Of a stretch of DNA of 64,000 nt, positions 1 to 7,803 are shown piece by piece (the first letter of the stretch is position 1; each line of letters opens with the position of its first letter). A program made the translations under genes and the position numbers. The stretch covers positions 1-64,000 of the IMG/VR virus record IMGVR_UViG_3300019458_000033; one strand, given 5' to 3'. The notes under the pieces were generated by a model. The model searched no databases. It was not told the DNA's origin and saw nothing but the letters and a program-made list of their open reading frames with translations. This DNA comes from a virus.

Positions 1-164
1 GGAAGCGATGAGAAAGCTAGGCAAGCCGGTGCGGATTTCATTTGTTGATCATCACGATGCAGCCTGGTGAGACGGTTGAGATCCGCCAGGACGGGGAATT
101 TGTGATGGTGCGCTACAGCTGGATTGAGCGTGGGGCGCCGAGTTTTTCGGTGAGCTGGAGTTGA

Positions 165-359
165 GTGGATGAGCCAGGGCACATCGATCGAGTGGACCGA
201 GGACCTGCGGGTCAGGGAGTATCCGCGATGAGGATTGATCGCGAAGGCGGGCTGGTGTGGCTCTACTGCGAGGTGGGCGGGCTGCGGCTGAAGCTGCCGT
301 TTCGCACCGAGTTAGAGGCGCGGTCGTGGTGGTGGAGGCGGGGGAAGGCGGCACAATGA
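165..359 (+). CDS. small hypothetical protein (start uncertain, ATG at 228 also possible)
   Basis: ORF in track. Its TGA overlaps the ATG of the next gene (ATGA at 356-359), suggesting translational coupling. No recognisable motif. Confidence 0.3.
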   Translation: MDEPGHIDRVDRGPAGQGVSAMRIDREGGLVWLYCEVGGLRLKLPFRTELEARSWWWRRGKAAQ

Positions 360-1792
360 ATATAACGGCCTACGAGTTGGCTCAGCGCTATATCGGGATT
401 GCCGAGCTGTCCTCGGCCGGCCGCGACCATCCGCTGATCCAGTGGTGGCTGTCGCTGTGCTCGGGATTTGATATCGAATCCCCCGACGAGACGCCATGGT
501 GTATGTCTGGCGACGTTGAAATTTTAACGTCATCTGGTTTTACCCGCTTTGACCAACTCTCTGATTTTTGCCACGTGGCGCAGGTCGACCCACTATTTGG
601 AATCAGCTTTACCAGGCCGCTGCGCGTCATTCGTAAAAAATACTGCGGGCCCATTGTGTTTTTTAGCAGCCGTAGCCTTTCGATGAGGACCGATCCAGAA
701 CACCGCTTTTGGGGTATCTGGAATAAGGCTGGCGCCATGACAGGCCAGGTGGAAAAACGACCGATCCGCGAATTGTCGAGCGTTCTCCACGTCCCGCGTG
801 TCGCTTCACGAAACGAGGTTGACGACCTGGAATTTAGCGATAGAGAAATTGGCCTGATGGCCGCCTTCCTCTCGGACGGATTTCTGAGGACTGGTGGAAC
901 GGGAAGAATCGCAATCCAGGTAAGCAAGCAACGAAAGATCGACGCCCTTCACTCGCTGGTTCCGAGCAATTGGTATAGGGCGAAAATAGCCTATGGCCAG
1001 AGTACAGTTCCGCTGACAACTTTCGAGTACCAGATTCCGGCATGGCTGAGTAGCGCTTTCGTTGATTACAAAAAACCGAAATGGTCTATCCTGACCACCT
1101 GGAGCCGGCGCCAACTTCAGCACTTTGTCCTGTCTTACGCTACGTTTGACGGCTCGGCGCGTGGAGATCGCCGAATGATCTATACTTCAAGTCCTGATTT
1201 GCGGGATTGGCTCCAGGCGGCAGTGACCCTCGCAGGGTTTCATTCGAGCCAGAGACAAGGCAGCCAAAGCCCGATTAGCGGCCGACCCTGCTATACGATC
1301 AGCTTTAGTACAGCGAAGAGGACGCGGACCATCAGGCGCGGAGACTTTAGCATCGAAAGCGGCGGCGAGGACCTGTTTTGCGTTGAGGTTCCAACGGGGG
1401 TTATCTTGATTAGGGATCCCAATGGGACCGTTCTGCCGGTGGGCAACTGCTCGGCGTTTGTGAACGGCATCGCCTGGGAGCTGCGGCTGCCGCGGTCGAA
1501 ATCTGCCATGGCGCGGTCGTGGCTGGGAGTGGGGCAGGCGGTCGAGGCAGTCGAAGGCTTTCCTTCCGGGCCGCAAATCAGCCGGATCGGCTTTGATGTC
1601 GTCGTGCTCATGCGTGGCAGCGGCGACCAGCCGGGGCCTGATATCGTGGATGCCCCGGGCCATGTCGGCTTTTTTGGCGGCTGGGATGGCGGACGTGTCA
1701 ACGTGCTGGGCGGCAACCAAGGCAATGCCGTCAGCGTCCAGAGCTTTCCAAAAGACCGCATTCTGGGGATCCGGCGCTTGCGCTCGGAGTAG
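356..1792 (+). CDS. NlpC/P60-CHAP-like cell-wall peptidase (TIGR02594-like phage lysin) interrupted by an intein
   Basis: ATG at 356 follows GAAGG. N-extein ends ...SPDETPW. C-extein starts CSAFVNG and carries GHVGFFGG and LGGNQGNAVS, typical of the small phage Cys-His peptidases. The joined exteins give about 162 aa. Confidence 0.8.
   Translation: MNITAYELAQRYIGIAELSSAGRDHPLIQWWLSLCSGFDIESPDETPWCMSGDVEILTSSGFTRFDQLSDFCHVAQVDPLFGISFTRPLRVIRKKYCGPIVFFSSRSLSMRTDPEHRFWGIWNKAGAMTGQVEKRPIRELSSVLHVPRVASRNEVDDLEFSDREIGLMAAFLSDGFLRTGGTGRIAIQVSKQRKIDALHSLVPSNWYRAKIAYGQSTVPLTTFEYQIPAWLSSAFVDYKKPKWSILTTWSRRQLQHFVLSYATFDGSARGDRRMIYTSSPDLRDWLQAAVTLAGFHSSQRQGSQSPISGRPCYTISFSTAKRTRTIRRGDFSIESGGEDLFCVEVPTGVILIRDPNGTVLPVGNCSAFVNGIAWELRLPRSKSAMARSWLGVGQAVEAVEGFPSGPQISRIGFDVVVLMRGSGDQPGPDIVDAPGHVGFFGGWDGGRVNVLGGNQGNAVSVQSFPKDRILGIRRLRSE
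500..1447 (+). mobile_element. intein with double-motif LAGLIDADG homing endonuclease (316 aa)
   Basis: Starts CMSGDVEILTSSG (block A-like) and ends DLFCVEVPTGVILIRDPNGTVLPVGN, followed by the +1 Cys of CSAFVN. Internal LAGLIDADG motifs are IGLMAAFLSDGF and FVLSYATFDGSA. GC is visibly lower than the flanks. Confidence 0.75.
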
Positions 1793-1807
1793 CCGGGCTG
1801 GTATATA

Positions 1808-1836
1808 AGGAGAGGGGCTGTGAACGCCCCTCTCCT
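1808..1836. terminator. hairpin between convergent genes (possible bidirectional terminator)
   Basis: AGGAGAGGGGC-tgtgaac-GCCCCTCTCCT gives an 11-bp perfect stem with a 7-nt loop. It lies between the stop at 1792 (+) and the stop at 1891 (-). There is no strong U-tract. Confidence 0.5.
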
Positions 1837-1890
1837 GTAAGGGTGGTTTGGGCGGGGGCTGGTCTTGGGGGGCCAGCCCCCGCTGTGGCC

Positions 1891-2574
1891 TCAGTCCCAG
1901 AACTCGAAGCTGACGTGCTCGATCGTGAACGGCAGAGAGCCCTCAACCGCGGCCAGATTCAAAACCACCGAATCCTGGTAGAAGTAGATCCCACCGATCT
2001 GTGGCCGCTTCAGCTCGATGACCCGCTTGGAGTTATCGGCAGTTTTGGCCAGCAGTTGATGCCGCACCTGAGACGGCGGCGAGAAGGTCTCGACCTCGCC
2101 CGGCCCGGTCACCGCCTGCTCGACGGTAAAGATGACATCGCGCGGCGCGTCGCCCGGGTTGCCGGTCTTCACGGTGACAAAGATGCCCTTGAAGGTGCGG
2201 AAACGTGGACCGATCGACCAGGATGCCACAACCGTGTCGGAAGTGCTACATTCGCCTGACCCGATAATTCCGTGCTTGATCCCCAGGGCGCAAAGCTCAC
2301 CAGATTTAAAGGTCAGCCTCGCCTCGTAGTGGTCCTCGCGCGAGCGCACCTCGCCCATTGGCCCGACAGGGCCAACAGGCCCGGCTGGTCCTGGAGCGCC
2401 CTGGGGCCCGACGATCGACTGCCCCGCCGGCCCCCGTGGCCCGGTCGCGCCCGCCGGCCCTGCCGGGCAGGTGGCCGGGCAGGTTGGCCCCTTTGAGCCG
2501 GTCGAATTTGCGAATTCCGCAAAACCCAAAAGCGCCAAGGCGCAGACGATCACAAAACGTTCGGATCTTTTCAT
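1891..2574 (-). CDS. secreted collagen-like repeat protein
   Basis: Start MKRSERFVIVCALALLGFAEFANS looks like a signal peptide. A G-X-Y run follows (GPAGATGPRGPAG...[19 protein letters not shown]), then a globular C-terminus. ATGA overlap with the upstream gene at 2571-2574. Confidence 0.7.
   Translation of the reverse strand: MKRSERFVIVCALALLGFAEFANSTGSKGPTCPATCPAGPAGATGPRGPAGQSIVGPQGAPGPAGPVGPVGPMGEVRSREDHYEARLTFKSGELCALGIKHGIIGSGECSTSDTVVASWSIGPRFRTFKGIFVTVKTGNPGDAPRDVIFTVEQAVTGPGEVETFSPPSQVRHQLLAKTADNSKRVIELKRPQIGGIYFYQDSVVLNLAAVEGSLPFTIEHVSFEFWD
2353..2460 (-). repeat. collagen-like G-X-Y coding repeats
   Basis: Triplet-periodic Gly in the translation of the - strand gene. Confidence 0.7.
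2508..2522. repeat. palindrome family copy, 1 mismatch (TTGCGAATTCCGCAA)
   Basis: Lies inside the signal-peptide coding region of the - gene, where it reads FAEFAN. Confidence 0.7.
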
Positions 2575-3239
2575 GTCAGTCCAAGCTCCTTTTTGAGTTC
2601 GCGCATCAAGCGCAGGTTCTGTTCGGCCTTTTTGAGCCACGGCCCCACTCCTCGGCCCGCCCGCCAGTCCGCCGCCTCCATGAAGGCAATCCCGGCCCGG
2701 CGCGCGCATTCGCGGTCTTCGTCGCTGTCGCCTACCATCAGGCAGTCTTCCAGATGCACCACCCCGGCCTTCAAGCGGGTGATCACGTTCTGCATTCCGG
2801 CGAAAAGCATACCAGGATTGGGCTTGCGGAAGGCATTCGATTCCTCGTCGCCGGGGCAGATCAGGATGTCGTCAAACATAAAATCGGCCCGCCGGCCGTT
2901 CAAATCAAGCGCCGGCTTCGCCATCCGTCCAGTGCGCCGGGCGACACCGACCGCCATCTCCCAGGTCAAATCGCCCCGGGCCACCCCTTCCTGGTTCGAT
3001 ACCCCCACAATGCGCCAGTAAGCCGCCTTGAACCGGTCCATCATCGCCAACGCCTCCGGGTAGACCGCAACATCCTCGGGGCGGTTGCAAAACCCCGACG
3101 GATCGGTCGAATAACGCACCGTGCCGTCCAGATCCAGAAACAATAAATTCAAGCGTGGCGTACGGGCCATAAGTCTAGAAGTACAAAGGGCCAACTGGGC
3201 TCGCGTGGAAACCAGATTCTCGCTCATGGGACCCATCAT
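2571..3239 (-). CDS. HAD superfamily subfamily IIIA phosphatase (GmhB / polynucleotide 3'-phosphatase-like)
   Basis: HAD motifs are present in order: LFLDLDGT (I), GVSNQ (II), RKPNPGM (III), GDSDEDRECA (IV). An alternative start exists at 3170 (MARTPRL). Confidence 0.75.
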   Translation of the reverse strand: MMGPMSENLVSTRAQLALCTSRLMARTPRLNLLFLDLDGTVRYSTDPSGFCNRPEDVAVYPEALAMMDRFKAAYWRIVGVSNQEGVARGDLTWEMAVGVARRTGRMAKPALDLNGRRADFMFDDILICPGDEESNAFRKPNPGMLFAGMQNVITRLKAGVVHLEDCLMVGDSDEDRECARRAGIAFMEAADWRAGRGVGPWLKKAEQNLRLMRELKKELGLT

Positions 3240-3247
3240 AGCACAAA

Positions 3248-3276
3248 ATTATCAAATTCGGCTTGACATGTGACAT
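3248..3276 (-). promoter_or_regulatory. candidate sigma70-like promoter for the leftward genes
   Basis: On the - strand ATGTCA, 17 nt, GATAAT. The -10 ends about 8 nt before the ATG at 3239, which would give a near-leaderless mRNA. Confidence 0.35.
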
Positions 3277-3291
3277 TTTGGGCGGTAGGAT
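3263..3291 (+). promoter_or_regulatory. candidate sigma70-like promoter for the rightward genes
   Basis: TTGACA (3263-3268), 17 nt, TAGGAT (3286-3291). The -35 boxes of the two divergent candidates abut as TTGACA-TG-TGACAT. Confidence 0.45.
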
Positions 3292-3310
3292 GACTGCGGA
3301 AGTCGCAAAA

Positions 3311-3628
3311 ATGGAAGTCTCAAGTCAAGACCCCAACGGCCTGCGGATGTGGGCCATCGTCGAGGTGATGGGCCACCAGCGCTATGTCGGCGAGATGAGC
3401 GAGCAGGTCATCGCCGGACAAGGCTTCATCCGCGTCGACGTCCCCAAAACCGACGAGTTGCCGGCATTCACGAAAATCATCGGCCCTCAGTCGATCTACG
3501 CGATCACGCCAGTAGACGAGCAAATCGCTCGCGGCATGGTCGCCAACATCCGGGCACGCCCCATCGAGGTTTTTGAGCTCAGGAATCTGCTTCCAGCGGC
3601 GCAGCGCGACTTGGAATACGAATCATGA
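3311..3628 (+). CDS. hypothetical protein
   Basis: ORF 3263-3628 in track. ATG at 3311 is the first start downstream of the candidate -10; ATG at 3290 is an alternative. No motif recognised. Confidence 0.55.
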   Translation: MEVSSQDPNGLRMWAIVEVMGHQRYVGEMSEQVIAGQGFIRVDVPKTDELPAFTKIIGPQSIYAITPVDEQIARGMVANIRARPIEVFELRNLLPAAQRDLEYES

Positions 3629-4212
3629 TCGGCCTCTACGTCAAAGCGTGGCGCTCGCGGGAAAACTTCAGCCAGGCCGAGCTCTCCAAGCGCCTGCGCA
3701 ACCACGGCTGGCCGATCACCCAGTCGAAGCTGTCGCGGCTTGAGCTCGACGCCGAAAAAGGGATCGACCACCGGCTCGATTTCGACCAGATCGACGCCAT
3801 CTGCCGGGCAACCGCAGCGCCCAGGTGGGAGGTCTACTTCCACGCCGGCCTAATTCCTGTCGAGTTGCGGCAAACTAGTCCACTGCCGCTGGCCCCCGAT
3901 CCACTCTCGACCGCCCGCGCCAAAGTCGCCATGGCCATGCTCTATGCGGCCATGGGAAAGCCTGAGCTTGGCCCGGTGGTCAGCCCCGAGGTGGCGATCG
4001 AGGCTGGCCTGTGGCCGCCGCCTGAGACCACCGGCGCGCGCGCCGAACTAGAAGCCGATCTTGCTACGCGCGGCATCAGCCCGCCGAGCGCCGAGGAGCG
4101 GGCGCTCGCCGCCAAGGTGCGCGCCGTGCTGCCGGCCAGGCCGGAACCGGGCCCATCGGCCGTCGAGCCGGAGGCTGCGGCGGTGGATTTGAGGAAGCTC
4201 TACGGAGATTAG
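3625..4212 (+). CDS. XRE-family helix-turn-helix regulator
   Basis: N-terminus FSQAELSKRLRNHGWPITQSKLSRLE is a classic HTH_3 pattern. ATGA overlap with the upstream gene. Confidence 0.7.
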   Translation: MIGLYVKAWRSRENFSQAELSKRLRNHGWPITQSKLSRLELDAEKGIDHRLDFDQIDAICRATAAPRWEVYFHAGLIPVELRQTSPLPLAPDPLSTARAKVAMAMLYAAMGKPELGPVVSPEVAIEAGLWPPPETTGARAELEADLATRGISPPSAEERALAAKVRAVLPARPEPGPSAVEPEAAAVDLRKLYGD

Positions 4213-4216
4213 CGCA

Positions 4217-4741
4217 ATGATCCGCCGCCTGCTATTTGCCATCTCGACCGCCAATGCGCGCTGGCTCCAAAGCTACGGCCAGGCGCACGAGTTCGGCTAC
4301 ATCCACCGCAATTCGCTGCGCCTGGCGATTCAGAAGGCGACAGGGCTTCAGGGGGCGTTTGCGTTCTGGCGCACGGGCGATGAGGCGATTCGGCCGGGCG
4401 ACACGATGCGCATCGAGACAGAAGAGTTTGGGATGCTTGAGCTGCTGGTCGTGCGCTCGATCCAGACCGACCGCCACGGCACCTACGGAACCGCGGTGCC
4501 CTCGATCTGGCAGCAGCAGGCGGCAATGGAGGCGGCTTGGCAGGACTTCCGGCGACAAGCCGACAGGGAACTCGAAATGCTGCGGCAGGTGGTCTACGGG
4601 CTGGTCGCACAGTCGCCAGGATCGACCGTTACAGTGCCCTGGAGCTACTTCACCCAGCGCGAGCCGGTCGAGGTCGAGCTGATTCCCGACGGGGAAGGGG
4701 TGTTTGTGCGGGTGACGGCGGGCGAGGTGCGGCATGGATAG
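4217..4741 (+). CDS. hypothetical protein
   Basis: ORF in track, same strand as the operon, tight spacing. Confidence 0.6.
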   Translation: MIRRLLFAISTANARWLQSYGQAHEFGYIHRNSLRLAIQKATGLQGAFAFWRTGDEAIRPGDTMRIETEEFGMLELLVVRSIQTDRHGTYGTAVPSIWQQQAAMEAAWQDFRRQADRELEMLRQVVYGLVAQSPGSTVTVPWSYFTQREPVEVELIPDGEGVFVRVTAGEVRHG

Positions 4742-4910
4742 AGAAACGCTGGCGAAGGCCGCGCTGCTCACGGTCGCGTTAATCACGGGTTCCTTGCTGG
4801 GAATAGTAGAGAAGCAGCTAGGGCCTGAATTTGTCGCCCCGATGGGGTTTACCTGCCTGCTGGTCGCGGCCTCTGTTCTGTGCCGCAGTATCGGCTGGCC
4901 ATGGTTTTGA
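4734..4910 (+). CDS. small two-helix membrane protein (58 aa, below the track cutoff)
   Basis: My own translation: MDRETLAKAALLTVALITGSLLGIVEKQLGPEFVAPMGFTCLLVAASVLCRSIGWPWF. It overlaps the upstream stop by 8 nt and ends 1 nt before a palindrome copy. Confidence 0.4.
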   Translation: MDRETLAKAALLTVALITGSLLGIVEKQLGPEFVAPMGFTCLLVAASVLCRSIGWPWF

Positions 4911-4911
4911 C

Positions 4912-4926
4912 TTGCGGAATCCGCAA
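4912..4926. repeat. palindrome family copy, perfect (TTGCGGAATCCGCAA)
   Basis: Intergenic, 7 nt upstream of the ATG at 4934. Confidence 0.9.
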
Positions 4927-4933
4927 ATTTAAA

Positions 4934-5161
4934 ATGGATTTTGATAAAATCGTTGCTTTGGAATCTGGGGCAATCGTCAAGCTCCACGCCCATGGTGGAA
5001 AAATTATCGAGCGCCGAGTCGTGCGGGTTCACCAATTAAAAAAACATGGCAAGGTCTACGATGTGCGGCCCGAAATTGTCAACGAAGAAGAATGGCTGAA
5101 ACGCGGGAAGAAGTCTCGTGGTATCTGCTGGCCAGCAGATGACGTGGTCGCTGAAGTTTGA
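4934..5161 (+). CDS. hypothetical protein (75 aa), low-GC island
   Basis: MDFDKIVALESGAIV... The ATG follows the palindrome. The region is visibly AT-richer than its neighbours. Confidence 0.55.
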   Translation: MDFDKIVALESGAIVKLHAHGGKIIERRVVRVHQLKKHGKVYDVRPEIVNEEEWLKRGKKSRGICWPADDVVAEV

Positions 5162-5163
5162 AA

Positions 5164-5757
5164 ATGCCAACCTGGCTCAAACCCGACGAAGCGGCTCGAT
5201 ATCTTGATATCGAACCATCCGAGCTTGCGGAGTTGACCGCAAATGGAGAGGGCCCCAAGCACTACCGCAAGGGGCCGCTGGTCCGCTTCTCGATCGAGGA
5301 TCTCGATGCCTGGGTCGAGGCGGCGCTCGCCGACCAGACACCGGAGAACTCCACGGGCTGGGAGGCGGTCGCCGCCGGGACGATGAGCGCGGCCGGTGAG
5401 ACAAAGCCAGCCAAACAAGAGACGCCGGCGCGCGACCTGCGCGAGTTGTATATCGATCCCGAGACGGGCGAGCGGGTGATCGTACCAGCCCCTGAGGAAG
5501 TTGTTCAAGGCCTGCTCGGCCCCGATGGCCGTCCGGTCGATCGCAACGAAATACGGATCGCAACCCGAGGGCAGTTTGTGGGCGTGGGCGACTATGGCAA
5601 CGAGTTTGTGGCGCCGGACCCGACTGCCGGCATACCCCAGGAGCGGTTGGCTGGGACTGGACTAACCCCGCCGCACGTTGTGGAATCATGCGTAGAGGAC
5701 CAACAAGAGCAGCGCCGCCTGTGGACCGAGCGGATGTCGAGAGCTCCCGTCCGCTGA
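5164..5757 (+). CDS. excisionase/MerR-like (HTH_17) DNA-binding protein
   Basis: WLKPDEAARYLDIEPSELAELTANGEGPKHYRKGPLVRFSIEDLDAW matches the Xis/AlpA-type winged HTH pattern. Confidence 0.6.
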   Translation: MPTWLKPDEAARYLDIEPSELAELTANGEGPKHYRKGPLVRFSIEDLDAWVEAALADQTPENSTGWEAVAAGTMSAAGETKPAKQETPARDLRELYIDPETGERVIVPAPEEVVQGLLGPDGRPVDRNEIRIATRGQFVGVGDYGNEFVAPDPTAGIPQERLAGTGLTPPHVVESCVEDQQEQRRLWTERMSRAPVR

Positions 5758-5996
5758 TCGAGTGCGACGGGGTGGCTATTCGCGCGCTGCGGCGTCAGCT
5801 CGGGCTGACCCAGAACGAGTTTGCGCGCCAGATCGGCATCGCTCGCGAGACGCTGTCGCGGCTGGAGAACCTGAAATGGGCTCCCACCCGCGGCGTGCGG
5901 CGGCGCTTCTACGAGATTTGGGAAGTCGAGCAGGCGCGCCGCCAGCGGCTCCAGGACCCGCGGCACCGCGCCGTGATTGCGAGGCTGAATTTATGA
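5688..5996 (+). CDS. XRE-family helix-turn-helix regulator (start uncertain)
   Basis: IRALRRQLGLTQNEFARQIGIARETLSRLEN is an HTH_3 pattern. The ORF overlaps the upstream gene, so the true start may be an internal GTG near 5771. Confidence 0.6.
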   Translation: MRRGPTRAAPPVDRADVESSRPLIECDGVAIRALRRQLGLTQNEFARQIGIARETLSRLENLKWAPTRGVRRRFYEIWEVEQARRQRLQDPRHRAVIARLNL

Positions 5997-6556
5997 AGAA
6001 AATTCCGTCTGTTTTCAAGCGCGATTATGTGGGAACACGTCTTGTCTTTGACGAAGTCGTGCCCGGCTGCGAGTGGGTTCTGGCAGGCGAGGGCGCAGCG
6101 ACCAGAAAGTTCGACGGTACCGCTTGTATGGTGAGTGGCGGTAGGCTGTTCAAGCGGTACGACGCAAAAAACGGCAAGCAGCCACCTGTCGGTTTTGTGC
6201 CAGCGCAAGATCCTGACGAGAAGACCGGCCATTGGCCGGGGTGGGTTCCCTGTGACCGCCACAATCCAGCCGATCGCTATCATTTCGAGGCATGGGATAA
6301 CTTCGAGGAAATTCCAGAAGATGGCACCTATGAGCTTTGTGGGCCGAAAATCCAAGGCAACCCGGAAGGTTGCGAGTCTCACAATTTAGTCCCCCACGGC
6401 TTCGAGCTGATTTCAGAAGAGCCTGGCTTGGACCTGCGAAGCTTTGAAGGTTTGAAAAGATACCTCGGATCGGCTGGCATCGAAGGGATCGTTTTTCATC
6501 ACCCCGACGGCCGCATGGCGAAGATCAAGGCAAGGGATTTCTGCATCAAGCGTTAA
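5993..6556 (+). CDS. minimal ATP-dependent RNA/DNA ligase-like nucleotidyltransferase (187 aa)
   Basis: Motif I KFDGT (ATRKFDGTACMV), EGIVFHH (motif IV-like) and AKIKARDF (motif V-like). MKKIPSVFKRDY N-terminus. ATGA-type overlap with the upstream gene. Confidence 0.65.
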   Translation: MKKIPSVFKRDYVGTRLVFDEVVPGCEWVLAGEGAATRKFDGTACMVSGGRLFKRYDAKNGKQPPVGFVPAQDPDEKTGHWPGWVPCDRHNPADRYHFEAWDNFEEIPEDGTYELCGPKIQGNPEGCESHNLVPHGFELISEEPGLDLRSFEGLKRYLGSAGIEGIVFHHPDGRMAKIKARDFCIKR

Positions 6557-6558
6557 AT

Positions 6559-6573
6559 TTGCAACATCCGCAA
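6559..6573. repeat. palindrome family copy, degenerate (TTGCAACATCCGCAA, right arm intact)
   Basis: Starts 2 nt after the stop at 6556 and ends 23 nt before the ATG at 6597. Confidence 0.5.
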
Positions 6574-6596
6574 ACCACACAGGAGAAGGATAGATC

Positions 6597-7088
6597 ATGG
6601 ATACTCTGAAACTCTCGATGGTTTCCGCCCGCGGCGGCGGAATTTTAATCGGCACTGAGCAGGTGAAACTCAACGTGGTGTTCGGTTGCCCGTTCACCAA
6701 GGCGGCGGCGAAAGTGCTCGGTATCGAGTGGCTCTACGAGCAGAACGAAAACGGTGGCCTGCGCGGGTTCACCGAGCACAAAACCGGCATTACCTACAAG
6801 GATGCCGACCTGTCGTTTAAGCGCGCCGAGGGCGCAAGCGAGTGGGATTTGGGCCTGTCCTGCCCGGTTGACGCGATCGAGGTAGTGCGCGAGGATCGCG
6901 GCAACATCCTGAAGTTTCGTGTGACGGTTCCGATCGACACCCCCGAGATGACAACCTATCTGGTCGAGGCGCGCAAGGAGCCTTGCTGGCAGGTGGTCAT
7001 TCAGGGCAAGCAGAAGGAATTCGACTTCGAGCCCAAAGAAAAGAAACCGCGCGGACGCCCGCGCAAGGACAAGAAAGGCGAGGAATAA
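6597..7088 (+). CDS. hypothetical protein with C-terminal AT-hook-like tail
   Basis: SD AGGAGAAGG upstream. The C-terminus KKPRGRPRKDKKGEE contains the GRP AT-hook core. Confidence 0.6.
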   Translation: MDTLKLSMVSARGGGILIGTEQVKLNVVFGCPFTKAAAKVLGIEWLYEQNENGGLRGFTEHKTGITYKDADLSFKRAEGASEWDLGLSCPVDAIEVVREDRGNILKFRVTVPIDTPEMTTYLVEARKEPCWQVVIQGKQKEFDFEPKEKKPRGRPRKDKKGEE

Positions 7089-7501
7089 TGGCGACATACA
7101 CTGCTTTCCAGGGCAACCAGCTTGCCAAGACGATCCTTCACGACATCGGCAAGGCGCTCGAAGCCCATCCGGCGTTTCAGGCCTACATCGGCCACCACGA
7201 AGCGCGCTACACTGTGAAGATCCATATGGAGTCGTACCCCTACGACGCAGGCCGCGTCCATGACATCGAACTGGCGGGCGCTGCGGCCACGGGCCCAGCG
7301 CCGCCCGCGGTGGCTGAGGCACTGACCAAAAACGACGATGGCTCACCGGCCCTGGTCAAAGGCGACGTGCCCGAGATCAGCCGCGAGGTCGTGATGCCCA
7401 ACGCCGTGCGGCAGGAAGTAGGGCTGCCGGTCGAGGAGATGCAGGAAGTCTCGCCTGGAAACTTCGCCGACCTCAAGGCTGGCGAGACGCCGTTTGACTA
7501 A
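7088..7501 (+). CDS. hypothetical protein
   Basis: TAATG overlap with the upstream gene; ORF in track (internal ATG of 6983-7501). Confidence 0.55.
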   Translation: MATYTAFQGNQLAKTILHDIGKALEAHPAFQAYIGHHEARYTVKIHMESYPYDAGRVHDIELAGAAATGPAPPAVAEALTKNDDGSPALVKGDVPEISREVVMPNAVRQEVGLPVEEMQEVSPGNFADLKAGETPFD

Positions 7502-7502
7502 G

Positions 7503-7769
7503 ATGCCGCTGTTTACCATCAATGCCGACCTTGCCTCGCTCACCGCCGCGGTAGCCGACCTTGCCAGAGCAGTGCGGGAGGCTGCTGGAATTAGGGCGCC
7601 GAAGGGGGCGCCGACCGCGAAGGGCGAGCCCACCGGCTCGGTCGACTACTGCGGCAACGAGTTGCTGATCGAGCAGCACATCGCCAAGGCCATGGCCGAG
7701 TTGCGCAACCAGCCCGCGGAGGTGCAGCGGGAAGTGCTGAGCTATCTGGGGTACGGAGACAATCAATGA
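7503..7769 (+). CDS. hypothetical protein
   Basis: ATG at 7503 within track ORF 7494-7769. Confidence 0.5.
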   Translation: MPLFTINADLASLTAAVADLARAVREAAGIRAPKGAPTAKGEPTGSVDYCGNELLIEQHIAKAMAELRNQPAEVQREVLSYLGYGDNQ

Positions 7770-7803
7770 GCCTGCTCGACAAGGTGGCACAGGCGGACTG
7801 AGG

